From IMG/VR virus record IMGVR_UViG_3300032322_002004: a stretch of DNA of 32,106 nucleotides; one strand, 5' to 3'. Source of the DNA: an uncultured virus (IMG/VR IMGVR_UViG_3300032322_002004). Taxonomy: Duplodnaviria > Heunggongvirae > Uroviricota > Caudoviricetes. The notes below the pieces were generated by a model, which worked only from the letters and a program-made list of their open reading frames with translations, made no database searches and was not told the DNA's origin. A program made the translations under genes and the position numbers. Shown here piece after piece: positions 18,281 to 26,013 of the stretch. Each line of letters opens with the position of its first letter. The stretch's first letter is position 1.

Positions 18281-18492
18281 TAGAAGTCTCCGTTCATTAC
18301 ATCAATTGATCTCATTAATTGTTCGCATACCTCTCGGTCGGCGCGGTTGATCTCTTCCGATATATCGGACTCGACCCAGCTATCTCCGGTCCAAACTGTG
18401 CCTTCGGGGAATCTTGCCTCTTCCGAGGCAATATCCCACATCCAGCCCATACCGGATACGTACTTAACTATGAAGTGGTGCTCAGTTCTCAT
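18280..18492 (-). CDS. Hypothetical protein
   Basis: Coupled ORF. Confidence 0.7.
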   Translation of the reverse strand: MRTEHHFIVKYVSGMGWMWDIASEEARFPEGTVWTGDSWVESDISEEINRADREVCEQLMRSIDVMNGDF

Positions 18493-18839
18493 TAGCCTAG
18501 GTCATCCCTATCTATTAGATACTCGATGAAGTGATCTTCTCGGTCATATACAGTCGTAGGGTAGTTCTCTTCAACAAAACTCTCAAACTTATCTCTTACT
18601 ACAAGATCAAAGAATTGATAAGAATTGCACCCACCTACGCCTTCATTACTTACTTGGCCTATCAATACGTCATCAAAGTGAATGGCGGCCTTCCACGCAA
18701 CTCCGCGGTTGTGCTCAAACATCGTGAGTTTAGATACCCGATACAGCTGGGCACTCTCGATATCTTTAGGCACAAGGGATGCGCTCCATTGTGCGGCAAA
18801 CTCGGCATAATCTTGCTGAATGCTAGTCATCTCGGTCAT
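18492..18839 (-). CDS. Hypothetical protein
   Basis: Start MTEMTS coupled to upstream stop; VSNEGVGG motif. Confidence 0.7.
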   Translation of the reverse strand: MTEMTSIQQDYAEFAAQWSASLVPKDIESAQLYRVSKLTMFEHNRGVAWKAAIHFDDVLIGQVSNEGVGGCNSYQFFDLVVRDKFESFVEENYPTTVYDREDHFIEYLIDRDDLG

Positions 18840-19426
18840 TAGATACGCTCCCCACTTAGATAGTCGACTACTTGCATAGCCTCTTTCATAGCATCGTCCG
18901 CTTCTTCCCATCCACCCACGGAGTCCTGAAAATTTTCCGTGGTGTGATTACAAGCTTCACACTTCTCCTCCTTGGTAATGCGGTAGGTATATGACTCGCC
19001 ACGAAGATACTTATCGTAGGACTTAACCTCACCACGCAATAGGGCTTCGGCTTGATCTAAGTCCTTGATACCTTCACGAACCATGTCGCCATCGGTGCAG
19101 AATATGAACCCGACTTGACCACTATCCCAACCCGCGTGTTCGACAATTCCGCGGTAACTCCCTACCTTCATAGAGAGTCCTGAATGGTCATAGAGATATA
19201 GGGGAAGGATGACCATGCCACCCAACTCGGACTCGATATAGTCACGGACTTCCGACCATGAGCCTAAGTCCTGATTATCGATCTTGAATGAGTCACCTAG
19301 GGCATATCTGCCGTGCATACATACCATAGTGCCGAAGTTATCCCACTCGCGGGGATTCTGTGGATCAGTGTCATAGTCAATTGCAATTGTGTAGCCCTTA
19401 TATAGGGTCAATTCGGCGGTAGTCAT
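18839..19426 (-). CDS. Conserved phage/mobile-element hypothetical protein
   Basis: NPREWDNFGTMVC.H..Y, PLYLYDHSG, WDSGQVGFI, YDKYLRGE. Confidence 0.8.
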   Translation of the reverse strand: MTTAELTLYKGYTIAIDYDTDPQNPREWDNFGTMVCMHGRYALGDSFKIDNQDLGSWSEVRDYIESELGGMVILPLYLYDHSGLSMKVGSYRGIVEHAGWDSGQVGFIFCTDGDMVREGIKDLDQAEALLRGEVKSYDKYLRGESYTYRITKEEKCEACNHTTENFQDSVGGWEEADDAMKEAMQVVDYLSGERI

Positions 19427-19602
19427 TACGCCACCTTCACTTCTGCATAGATACCATAGATAGCGTATTCCTTGATCATACGCTTGGTAGATGCTGGAGT
19501 TAATTCTGCATATACAAGTACTTCATTAGTCTCGGTATCGATTATGCAGGTTGGTACTTTCTTACGTGAATTGAGCTTAGGTAGCTCGATCTCCTTTATC
19601 AT
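19426..19602 (-). CDS. Small hypothetical protein
   Basis: Not in ORF track. MIKEIELPKL...YAEVKVA; TAATG coupling. Confidence 0.55.
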   Translation of the reverse strand: MIKEIELPKLNSRKKVPTCIIDTETNEVLVYAELTPASTKRMIKEYAIYGIYAEVKVA

Positions 19603-19617
19603 CGGTATATCTTCTAT

Positions 19618-19686
19618 CTGTAAGCTGAATTCGCGGTAATCGTATATCGATTACTGGATAGGCATATAGATACCTATGGCTTACAG
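19618..19686 (-). promoter_or_regulatory. Three-way-junction 5' leader
   Basis: CTGTAAGC/GCTTACAG outer stem enclosing two hairpins (19636-19654, 19658-19677). Confidence 0.5.
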
Positions 19687-19734
19687 GGCAGACATTACCC
19701 TCCGACAACCCATATTCCTAGTATTTAGGATATT

Positions 19735-19805
19735 TAGCTCTCTCGGCGTGTCGGAGCTCTCTTAGCTCTCTCTCTTAGCTCTCTCTCTTATCAGATAGCT
19801 CTCTT
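19735..19805. repeat. Iterated AGCTCTCT tandem repeats
   Basis: Five AGCTCTCT units around a CGGCGTGTCG box at 19744-19753. Confidence 0.7.
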
Positions 19806-19974
19806 GGCCATAGGGCAGTAAATCTGGCCATATCCGCAGTGTCGCTTTGTCGACATTTGGCAGTAGCCGGAATCGATAAGTAGCTTTGTCGACAATTGCT
19901 ACTTGGCCGGTAGCTCTTCGGCTACCACGGCCGGATCGGCTGTGTCAAGCAACTTAAGCTGTGATTCGCATCAC

Positions 19975-20026
19975 CTCTCTCTTACTTACTTATTCCCTTT
20001 AATGGGGAGGGTGGGCCAACACAAAC
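19975..20026. repeat. Inter-cassette structured element, copy 1
   Basis: CTCTCT...TTCCC...TGG GGAGGGTGGG CCA ACACAAAC. Confidence 0.85.
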
Positions 20027-20078
20027 TTTTCGCTGCAAAAACGACTCAAAGAGTCCTCTCGGCAGCGAAAGCTGTGAG

Positions 20079-20119
20079 CTCGCACCCAACCAGCGTGATA
20101 GGCCGCTGGCCGGGGCGAG
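20079..20119 (-). terminator. Terminator-like hairpin
   Basis: Long GC stem, loop TGATAGGC on + strand, just after the stop at 20129. Confidence 0.65.
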
Positions 20120-20128
20120 AAGATCAGC

Positions 20129-20434
20129 TTATATGTAACGTTTCCATTCAGTCAATACTTCCAGGATCAGCTCCAGGCATTCACCATCGGTGGCCTCTTC
20201 GCCTCCCATGGCTATAATTTGCTGGACCAGGTCCAGGGCATCCGCGTCGTGGCCGTCCTGGCCATCTTTTAGCGTGTTTACATAGCTATCGACCAGGTCA
20301 TCGATTTCTGAGCGCTTCCGCGGACAGTCTGGATAAGCTTTTGGCGCATCTTCACAGCTACAAAACCCGAACTTCTCGACTTGGGTTGCGTGTGTGAGCT
20401 CGGCGAGCTCGCTCCAGGTCATTGATTCGCTCAT
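20129..20434 (-). CDS. Hypothetical protein
   Basis: Coupled ORF; CSCED...YPDC. Confidence 0.7.
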   Translation of the reverse strand: MSESMTWSELAELTHATQVEKFGFCSCEDAPKAYPDCPRKRSEIDDLVDSYVNTLKDGQDGHDADALDLVQQIIAMGGEEATDGECLELILEVLTEWKRYI

Positions 20435-20685
20435 GCCTGGACCCCCGATCTGCGATCAAACTCCCTGGCGGCCTCCGCTAGGGTCTTGCAGTAGGTACCC
20501 TGGGAGCACATGCCCTCAAAGTCTGAGTACCACACCACATATGGATCGACTGGGTGATCGCGGAAAGCTAGGACCACAGCTTGCCCATCACGGATCACAG
20601 CTGAGGCTATACACAAAGCCCCATTTTGAAGGCGGGAGCCACGTAGCTCCTTTAATAAGTGATCACGAACTACTTCTAGTGTCAT
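20431..20685 (-). CDS. Hypothetical protein
   Basis: MTLEVVRDH..., AGGAG RBS, ATGA overlap. Confidence 0.7.
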   Translation of the reverse strand: MTLEVVRDHLLKELRGSRLQNGALCIASAVIRDGQAVVLAFRDHPVDPYVVWYSDFEGMCSQGTYCKTLAEAAREFDRRSGVQA

Positions 20686-21011
20686 TCGTCTACTCCTGAC
20701 TCGATTAGGTTCACAGCATAGGCCCACAGCGGGCTAGAAGACAAGACCTCACGGCGAGCGCCGTCATACCAATCTTGGTAGACATACCAAACAGCATCTA
20801 CTTCACCGAACGAATGTTCGATTTCAATGCGATCAGCTGGGCCGCCAGTGCTAAGAATGACTCTTGTCAGCTTGCGGTGATCAATACCTAGAGCTGGATC
20901 GTCAAAGTAGTCATCATGGTTAGGGTTCTCCATGAGCTCTTTAAACTGGAGCTCTCTCTCTTTCATCTCTCCCGCGATTCTCTCTTCGCAGGTTCTCTCT
21001 TTTGTTGACAT
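20682..21011 (-). CDS. Hypothetical phage protein (LSTGGP...YQDW type)
   Basis: GAGGA RBS; first gene of cassette. Confidence 0.75.
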   Translation of the reverse strand: MSTKERTCEERIAGEMKERELQFKELMENPNHDDYFDDPALGIDHRKLTRVILSTGGPADRIEIEHSFGEVDAVWYVYQDWYDGARREVLSSSPLWAYAVNLIESGVDE

Positions 21012-21135
21012 TTGTTCCTCTCTTCGCCCTATCTGAGCTAGGAGAAAACTACAGCTACAGCTACAGCTAGCCAGGCATTTAACTCGGCGTGTCGCAACTA
21101 TTTTTACACAGCTCTCCAGCGTGTCGGCTTGACAT

Positions 21136-21190
21136 CTCTCTCCGTTTACCCTATCCCGAAGGGATAAGGGGAGGGTGGGTCAACACAAAC
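21136..21190. repeat. Inter-cassette structured element, copy 2
   Basis: CTCTCT...TATCCC GAA GGGATA..GG GGAGGGTGGG TC AACACAAAC. Confidence 0.85.
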
Positions 21191-21217
21191 ATTTGGATGG
21201 GTGTAGGCAAAAACCAT

Positions 21218-21258
21218 AAAAAAAGAAACCGGCGCGGGGTGATAGGCCCCCGCACCGG
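21218..21258 (-). terminator. Intrinsic terminator
   Basis: GC stem with loop TGATAGGC; A-tract on + strand gives a U-tract on -. Confidence 0.8.
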
Positions 21259-21268
21259 CTGAAGCTAG

Positions 21269-21406
21269 CTACTTACTAGCTTCTAATCTTTTCTCGATTA
21301 GGATCAGATTCCAGTAAATCATGCACCACTGGCATTCACACAGATCCCCTTCGGGGTGGATGTTCCTATCAATCCACTCCAGGGCCTCCTGGATAGTCGC
21401 GCTCAC
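21269..21406 (-). CDS. Small hypothetical protein
   Basis: Not in ORF track. GTG start, H...CECQWC, GTGA overlap. Confidence 0.5.
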   Translation of the reverse strand: MSATIQEALEWIDRNIHPEGDLCECQWCMIYWNLILIEKRLEASK

Positions 21407-21573
21407 ATTGAACTCACTTCCATATAGTGGAACACATTGGAATCACAGAATTCGACCTTGTCATCAGTGTCCTCTTCATTGAAGTAAGCATCGTAGAGGG
21501 CCTCAGCCTCCTCCTCATCCCTGGCTTGGATGAAGAGTTGCTGAGTCACAATATTGGCTATAAACGTTGGCAT
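21403..21573 (-). CDS. Small acidic hypothetical protein
   Basis: MPTFIANIV...; TAATG coupling. Confidence 0.65.
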   Translation of the reverse strand: MPTFIANIVTQQLFIQARDEEEAEALYDAYFNEEDTDDKVEFCDSNVFHYMEVSSM

Positions 21574-22109
21574 TAGTCGACCTTTCCACAGCGACGGCAT
21601 TCTTGGCGGTAAACGTGCTTGCAGTGAATACCAAGGTTGTTGTTAAAGACTTCAGAGATGTCTTCCCCAAAGATGTCGTAGACGACGTTGTCGTCACCAC
21701 CTTCAAACTGTATACCGTCTTTCTTCCAGTACTCGACAACGCCACGCTCGCCGACAAACTGTGTCCATTGGTAGTTGGAGCCTTCAAATCTAAAGTGGAA
21801 ATCATTTTGAACCTCCAATACTTTTTGGGTAGCGCTCTCAATTTCGATCCCAGCAAGAAGAGGAATCTCTCTTATTGGTTCATTCATTAAACGAGGAGCG
21901 ATGCGAACGACGGCTAGGTCATCTGCAACCTCAACGCACTCAGGGTTATTCTTGGTATCGATAGTGCATGCTTCAACGAACCATTCACTCTCTTCTCTCA
22001 ACCAATTAGCAGCATCGACATAACTTCCAAAATCCTCATTGGTATAAGTCGTTGCGCTCTCTACTTCATTACCTTCTACGTCGGTGACGTAATACTTAAC
22101 TTTGTACAT
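21573..22109 (-). CDS. Acidic hypothetical protein
   Basis: GATAGGAG RBS; C-terminal CKH...CRRC. Confidence 0.75.
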   Translation of the reverse strand: MYKVKYYVTDVEGNEVESATTYTNEDFGSYVDAANWLREESEWFVEACTIDTKNNPECVEVADDLAVVRIAPRLMNEPIREIPLLAGIEIESATQKVLEVQNDFHFRFEGSNYQWTQFVGERGVVEYWKKDGIQFEGGDDNVVYDIFGEDISEVFNNNLGIHCKHVYRQECRRCGKVD

Positions 22110-22208
22110 TTCGATCTCCTATCAGGGATGTGGAATTTCCACTTGCACAAGGTATCGAATCCCGGACAAAAGTGTGGGACCTCGGCCGGTCGGCGTGTCG
22201 CGCCTCAT

Positions 22209-22267
22209 CTCTCTTTTATTTATTAACCCTTTAGGGTTGAATGGGTGGGTGGGCATTCAACACAAAC
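22209..22267. repeat. Inter-cassette structured element, copy 3
   Basis: CTCTCT...AACCCT TT AGGGTT GAATG GGTGGGTGGG CATTC AACACAAAC. Confidence 0.85.
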
Positions 22268-22319
22268 AATTTGGCGCTTCGCACAGCTCTTTGCTGCGGG
22301 CGCCAGCTGTAGGATCATG

Positions 22320-22354
22320 AAAAAGAAAAAGCCCCCCAGCCGTAGCTGGGGAGC
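22320..22354 (-). terminator. Intrinsic terminator
   Basis: CCCCAGC CGTA GCTGGGG with an A-tract on + strand. Confidence 0.85.
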
Positions 22355-22369
22355 CTTCCCTTGGTTTAT

Positions 22370-22849
22370 CTACTCGATAGGAGAGATAAGGTCTTGGGCG
22401 GTTTCATCCAAGGTGGCCTTCACCTTTGGGTGGAGTTCATTCCGCATGTTGGCGAATGCTGGGGCTGGCCAGCCAGCCTTGTACACTCGGTCTAGCAGGT
22501 TTGCTAGGGAGTAATCGGGTGTTAATTTCTTGCACTCGATAAGTGATAAGAATGCGCTAGGGGTATCGCCATTCTCGTAATGGTAAGCCGAAAGAATGGC
22601 GTACCAAGGGGTGCGGTGCTTCTCTTCCACTAGGGGAATGATAGTTTCAGCGAAACGGATACTATCCTTTACAGATAGTTCTAGGGGCAGACCGAGTAAG
22701 TAATCTCGGACTTGTATATCGGCAGAAACTACTTCTGCCATATCAGCGACGAGTTCAGGTGAGAACTCTTGTGAGTCTTGGAAAGAATTGACGAGTGCGT
22801 TAATCGCCTCGACGCCCCTTCCAACTGTAAGGTTTTCCTTAACAGTCAT
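22370..22849 (-). CDS. DUF4192-like helical protein
   Basis: VRDYLLG...ENGD..SA..SL...PDYSLANLL.RVY.AGWP resembles the actinobacterial DUF4192 C-terminus. Confidence 0.65.
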   Translation of the reverse strand: MTVKENLTVGRGVEAINALVNSFQDSQEFSPELVADMAEVVSADIQVRDYLLGLPLELSVKDSIRFAETIIPLVEEKHRTPWYAILSAYHYENGDTPSAFLSLIECKKLTPDYSLANLLDRVYKAGWPAPAFANMRNELHPKVKATLDETAQDLISPIE

Positions 22850-22895
22850 TTGTATCTCCTATCAGAATAACTAGGCGGTGTTGCCTAGTGAGAGA

Positions 22896-22949
22896 ACTGT
22901 ATAACGGCTCACCGACAATTCCCTGCATTTGCCTATCCTCGGCGTGTCG
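22896..22949 (-). promoter_or_regulatory. Cassette promoter: CGACACGCCG...AAATGC...TTGTCGGT-N9-TACAGT
   Basis: Same architecture and spacing as 24089-24142. Confidence 0.7.
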
Positions 22950-22970
22950 CACTTCCCAGCTCACCGGCAT

Positions 22971-23026
22971 CTCTCTTACTTACTTATCCCTCTGGAAGAG
23001 ATAGGGGTGGGAGGGCCAACACAAAC
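22971..23026. repeat. Inter-cassette structured element, copy 4
   Basis: CTCTCTTACTTACTTATCCC...GG GGTGGGAGGG CC AACACAAAC. Confidence 0.85.
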
Positions 23027-23050
23027 AATGCGAGCGCTGCCGGACATGCG

Positions 23051-23079
23051 AAACGCCCCCACCGATCTCGGCAGGGGCG
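23051..23079 (-). terminator. Terminator-like hairpin
   Basis: CGCCCC...GGGGCG stem with a short U-tract on -. Confidence 0.65.
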
Positions 23080-23092
23080 CTCGCTGGACGAA

Positions 23093-23593
23093 TTACCAAC
23101 TGGCTTGATACACGAACTCACCATCTGGGAAACGCTCTAATGCTTCCGCAATAATCTCTGCGGTTTGGAGCAGGTCAGCGTAGTAATACTGGTCTTTCTC
23201 TGTGCCGCCGAAGAAGAAACCAGCAACTGGTCTTAGTGGGTCTGATGTGTCCTCAAACTGTTTCTCTAATAGAGCCAGCGTGGTTTCCATCTTCATTTGA
23301 TTTGCCAGCCACTCACCAATGTTTTCTCCATCAACTGGAACTGACTTTGATGACTTAGGGCTTTCGGTCTCTTCCAATGGAGCTGGGTCTTGGCTGCGCT
23401 TTACTAGAGCCGTGAGGCATAGAGCCTGTAACTCCATCAACTTGATCTTGGATACTGGTATTTCTTGGCACTCATCTACTCCATCAGCCAACTCACGAAC
23501 AAACCAACCATGAATAGCATTTGCCTTACGCCAGTAACCTACTTCTTGCGTTCCTTCTGATGTTCTTACTCCTAGATACATGTCTAGTCCCAT
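23093..23593 (-). CDS. Conserved phage hypothetical protein (MGLDMYL...YWRKAN...YQASW)
   Basis: Recognisable terminal motifs; GATAGGAG RBS. Confidence 0.8.
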   Translation of the reverse strand: MGLDMYLGVRTSEGTQEVGYWRKANAIHGWFVRELADGVDECQEIPVSKIKLMELQALCLTALVKRSQDPAPLEETESPKSSKSVPVDGENIGEWLANQMKMETTLALLEKQFEDTSDPLRPVAGFFFGGTEKDQYYYADLLQTAEIIAEALERFPDGEFVYQASW

Positions 23594-23619
23594 TTTTTTC
23601 TCCTATCTTGTTGGGTGGT

Positions 23620-23646
23620 GAGCAGTTTAACCACATACTCAGGTGG
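23620..23646 (-). ncRNA. H-type pseudoknot motif, second copy
   Basis: On -: CCAC CTGAGTAT GTGG TTAAACTGCTC; the stem covaries with the 7935-7963 copy. Confidence 0.5.
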
Positions 23647-23656
23647 ATAGTGGGAT

Positions 23657-24046
23657 TTAGAGATACTTTGAGATGTCTTTCATTGTTGAGGCATTGACGA
23701 ACTCCTCGTCGGTCATCTTTAAGATGTTGAGGGCATTTTGGATTTCCTCTAACTGCCAATGACCTAATGTGCTTTCATGCTCACGCTTTGGCTCATCAGG
23801 TAGAACTGTGCCCTCAGCAATTTCATACTCAACTGTAAGAGTTCTGTTCCATGTTCTGAGGTTAAGTGAATTAACCTTCACGCTATCTTTGAGTTCTTTT
23901 ACAAGGCTGGCGTTGTATTTATCCATAGCCTTTTGATAGTTCTCCTCATTGACCTTATTGCGTTTTTCTCTTTCTTGGTTATCAGTAATTTTGTTCTCTA
24001 GTGCCGCAATAACTTTGGCTACTGGAACTTTTACTCTAACTGCCAT
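23657..24046 (-). CDS. Hypothetical protein
   Basis: GATAGGAG RBS; first gene of cassette. Confidence 0.8.
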   Translation of the reverse strand: MAVRVKVPVAKVIAALENKITDNQEREKRNKVNEENYQKAMDKYNASLVKELKDSVKVNSLNLRTWNRTLTVEYEIAEGTVLPDEPKREHESTLGHWQLEEIQNALNILKMTDEEFVNASTMKDISKYL

Positions 24047-24088
24047 TTGTTTCTCCTATCAGAGTCTGCCCGTGTTGGCATTGGCTCA

Positions 24089-24142
24089 ATAATAGGCGAA
24101 CCCACCGACAACCACCGGCATTTGATGATTACCGGCGTGTCG
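24089..24142 (-). promoter_or_regulatory. Cassette promoter: CGACACGCCG...AAATGC...TTGTCGGT-N9-TATTAT
   Basis: Repeated architecture. Confidence 0.7.
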
Positions 24143-24145
24143 CAA

Positions 24146-24205
24146 CTCTCTTTTCCCTATTCCCTTTAGGGATAGAGCAGGGTGGGTGGGCTGCTCAACA
24201 CAAAC
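24146..24205. repeat. Inter-cassette structured element, copy 5
   Basis: CTCTCT...TCCCT TT AGGGA TA GAGCAG GGTGGGTGGG CTGCTC AACACAAAC. Confidence 0.85.
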
Positions 24206-24237
24206 ATTTTGCGATCCGCGCTCGCGCTCGCCAGGTA

Positions 24238-24278
24238 AACAAATCGAGCTCCCGATCCGCGGGGGACCGAGAGCTCGA
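24238..24278 (-). terminator. Terminator-like hairpin
   Basis: TCGAGCTC...GAGCTCGA followed by TTTGTTT on -. Confidence 0.7.
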
Positions 24279-24299
24279 CTGTCTCCTGATAGGGGAAGC

Positions 24300-25193
24300 T
24301 TATGCGATAACCTCTTCTGAGATCTTGGCGCTTTCTTCTTTACGGTTGATCCCTTGGATGTAATCAGCTGCTCGCTGCGCCTTGCCGCTAGCTGCGATGA
24401 TCAGTGACGGATCATTCTTTAAAGCTTTCAACCATCCGGCGATGTAGCTCGCAGAATTCTGCATGTCGACCTTGATCCCGGCCGAGCTTAGGAGCATCTG
24501 GGCGCCGATATCTGCGACGAGCTCTTCTCGTGCGTAGTTAGCATCTCCAAATCGTGCCGGCTTATCATCCTCGCTAAATCGGTCTAGGCGTGATTGATGT
24601 CCGGTTGAATGAATCATCTCATGGCATAGAGTGTAAGCGTGACTCTCTGCATCGTCGAATGTCTCCAACGGTGGCAACGTGATCGAATCGGCCAACGTGT
24701 CATAGAATGCGCGACCTTGCGCCTTGTAATAAATCTCCGGCTTGCTGGTATACCCGGCCACGATTGAATTTAAAGCTGGCAAGGTTGCAACCGGTTCGCG
24801 CTTGATGTCATAAATGGCCGGGATGGTAATCCCCTCGCATTGTTCAACGTTGAACACGCTATAGAATTTCATAAATGCACCCTTAGAGACGGGCTTGCCA
24901 TCCTCGCCTTGCTTAATGATGCGTGACCAATACACGACGGGCAGACTCTTCTCACCCTTGCGGACGTTACCGCCTAGGGCTTGCGCTTGCTTATAGGTAA
25001 CCCATAGTGAGCGCTCATATTGTGCGCCACATATTGCTAGCACTAGGGCATTGATACCCGAATATTCTTTATTGCTGGTTAAGCTCATTGGCATATATCC
25101 GCTTGAATTCCATGGTTTATGCCATGGCGCGATACCATTCTCCAATTGTTCAATTACTAGGGCGTTGATTCGCTCCACTAATTCCTTGTTCAT
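24300..25193 (-). CDS. ardC: ArdC-like antirestriction protein (ssDNA-binding domain plus zincin-like domain)
   Basis: LENGIAPWHKPW, YSGINAL, WVTYKQA...GGNVRKGEK, VFNVEQ, HEMIHSTGH..RL.R, YAREELVA, SASYIAGWL. Start at ATG 25193 after GATAGGGG. Confidence 0.9.
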   Translation of the reverse strand: MNKELVERINALVIEQLENGIAPWHKPWNSSGYMPMSLTSNKEYSGINALVLAICGAQYERSLWVTYKQAQALGGNVRKGEKSLPVVYWSRIIKQGEDGKPVSKGAFMKFYSVFNVEQCEGITIPAIYDIKREPVATLPALNSIVAGYTSKPEIYYKAQGRAFYDTLADSITLPPLETFDDAESHAYTLCHEMIHSTGHQSRLDRFSEDDKPARFGDANYAREELVADIGAQMLLSSAGIKVDMQNSASYIAGWLKALKNDPSLIIAASGKAQRAADYIQGINRKEESAKISEEVIA

Positions 25194-25230
25194 TCTATCC
25201 CCTATCGTTACGCCTTGTTGCGTAGGTAGA

Positions 25231-25297
25231 AAATTACCGCATATGAATTGATTCACCAACACGACACGCCGCTCATATATAACGATTTGATAACAAT
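25231..25297 (-). promoter_or_regulatory. ardC promoter (TTGGTG-N17-TAATTT) with GACAC box and MtrA-like direct repeat
   Basis: CGACACGCCG at 25262-25271; ATAACGAT-ttg-ATAACAAT at 25279-25297. Confidence 0.65.
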
Positions 25298-25361
25298 CTC
25301 TCTCACAACAACTCCCTTACGAAGTAAGTCAGAGACAGGGTGGGCGGGTCTCAACACAAAC
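25298..25361. repeat. Inter-cassette structured element, copy 6
   Basis: CTCTCT...CCCTTAC GAA GTAAG...GAGAC AGGGTGGGCGG GTCTC AACACAAAC. Confidence 0.85.
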
Positions 25362-25375
25362 ATTTTTGGCAAGCG

Positions 25376-25408
25376 AAACGCCCGCCCCCGGGGAAGTGGG
25401 AGCGGGCG
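25376..25408 (-). terminator. Terminator-like hairpin
   Basis: CGCCCGC...GCGGGCG stem. Confidence 0.65.
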
Positions 25409-25422
25409 CTGATCCAGCTTTT

Positions 25423-25698
25423 TTATTCTGCCTTGGCGATACCTTCTAAGTAAGTCACCGCGTCATATATGGCGTCGGTATCTGATACCTCGGGTAGTAA
25501 TCGCCATAGAGCATTTGCTAAGGCTTGTGGTGTTTCGTATTTCATCTTGTGCTTCCCCATATCTGTTTCGTATGTTTCACACTCTGAGCAGGTCTCGGAG
25601 CGGTATTCCCTTTCATCATATTCATTGTCGCACCTATCGCATTTGACCCATATTGAGTCATCATAGAAGGCGGGGTCTGCCATTGGTGGATAACTCAT
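25423..25698 (-). CDS. Zn-finger-containing hypothetical protein
   Basis: CDRC...CSEC. Confidence 0.7.
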   Translation of the reverse strand: MSYPPMADPAFYDDSIWVKCDRCDNEYDEREYRSETCSECETYETDMGKHKMKYETPQALANALWRLLPEVSDTDAIYDAVTYLEGIAKAE

Positions 25699-25892
25699 TT
25701 CATCAACCCCTCATCTATGAAATCGCCACAAGGATATTCAATGGCTACTGGTGGAAGGTAAGTAGTCCAACGCTCACCCTCGGCGGTATTCAATCTAACT
25801 CTGAATGACCCTGTGCGATTTGGAACAATCTCCATAATCTGACCAACAACGCCACTCTTATGAGTTGTGTATGTCTGACCTATCTCAATCAC
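25695..25892 (-). CDS. Small SH3-like beta protein
   Basis: IGQTYTT.KSGVVG.I.EI...RVRL...RWTT; GTG start with GATAGGGG RBS. Confidence 0.65.
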   Translation of the reverse strand: MIEIGQTYTTHKSGVVGQIMEIVPNRTGSFRVRLNTAEGERWTTYLPPVAIEYPCGDFIDEGLMK

Positions 25893-25934
25893 TTGCTTCC
25901 CCTATCTATCAAACCAATTTGATTTGATGACTTA

Positions 25935-26012
25935 ATAATAGACACGCTCACCGACAATACTCAAAACGACACGCCGTAGTTATATAACAATTTGATAACG
26001 AAGTTATCCACA
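25935..26012 (-). promoter_or_regulatory. Cassette promoter (TTGTCGGT-N9-TATTAT) with GACAC box, MtrA-like repeat and DnaA box
   Basis: CGACACGCCG 25967-25976; ATAACAAT-ttg-ATAACGAA 25984-26002; TTATCCACA 26004-26012. Confidence 0.65.
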
Positions 26013-26013
26013 A

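Noticed and set aside
21049..21069. (CTACAG)3 microrepeat
   Set aside because: Short single instance in a promoter spacer; there is no evidence of phase variation from one sequence.
21129..21157. + strand sigma-70 promoter TTGACA-N17-TATCCC inside repeat copy 2
   Set aside because: Weak -10 and not shared by the other six copies.
25194..25262. N-terminal extensions in the ORF track for ardC (likewise 26953-27048 and 7331-7396)
   Set aside because: They run through promoter or leader elements; downstream ATGs have clear RBSs.
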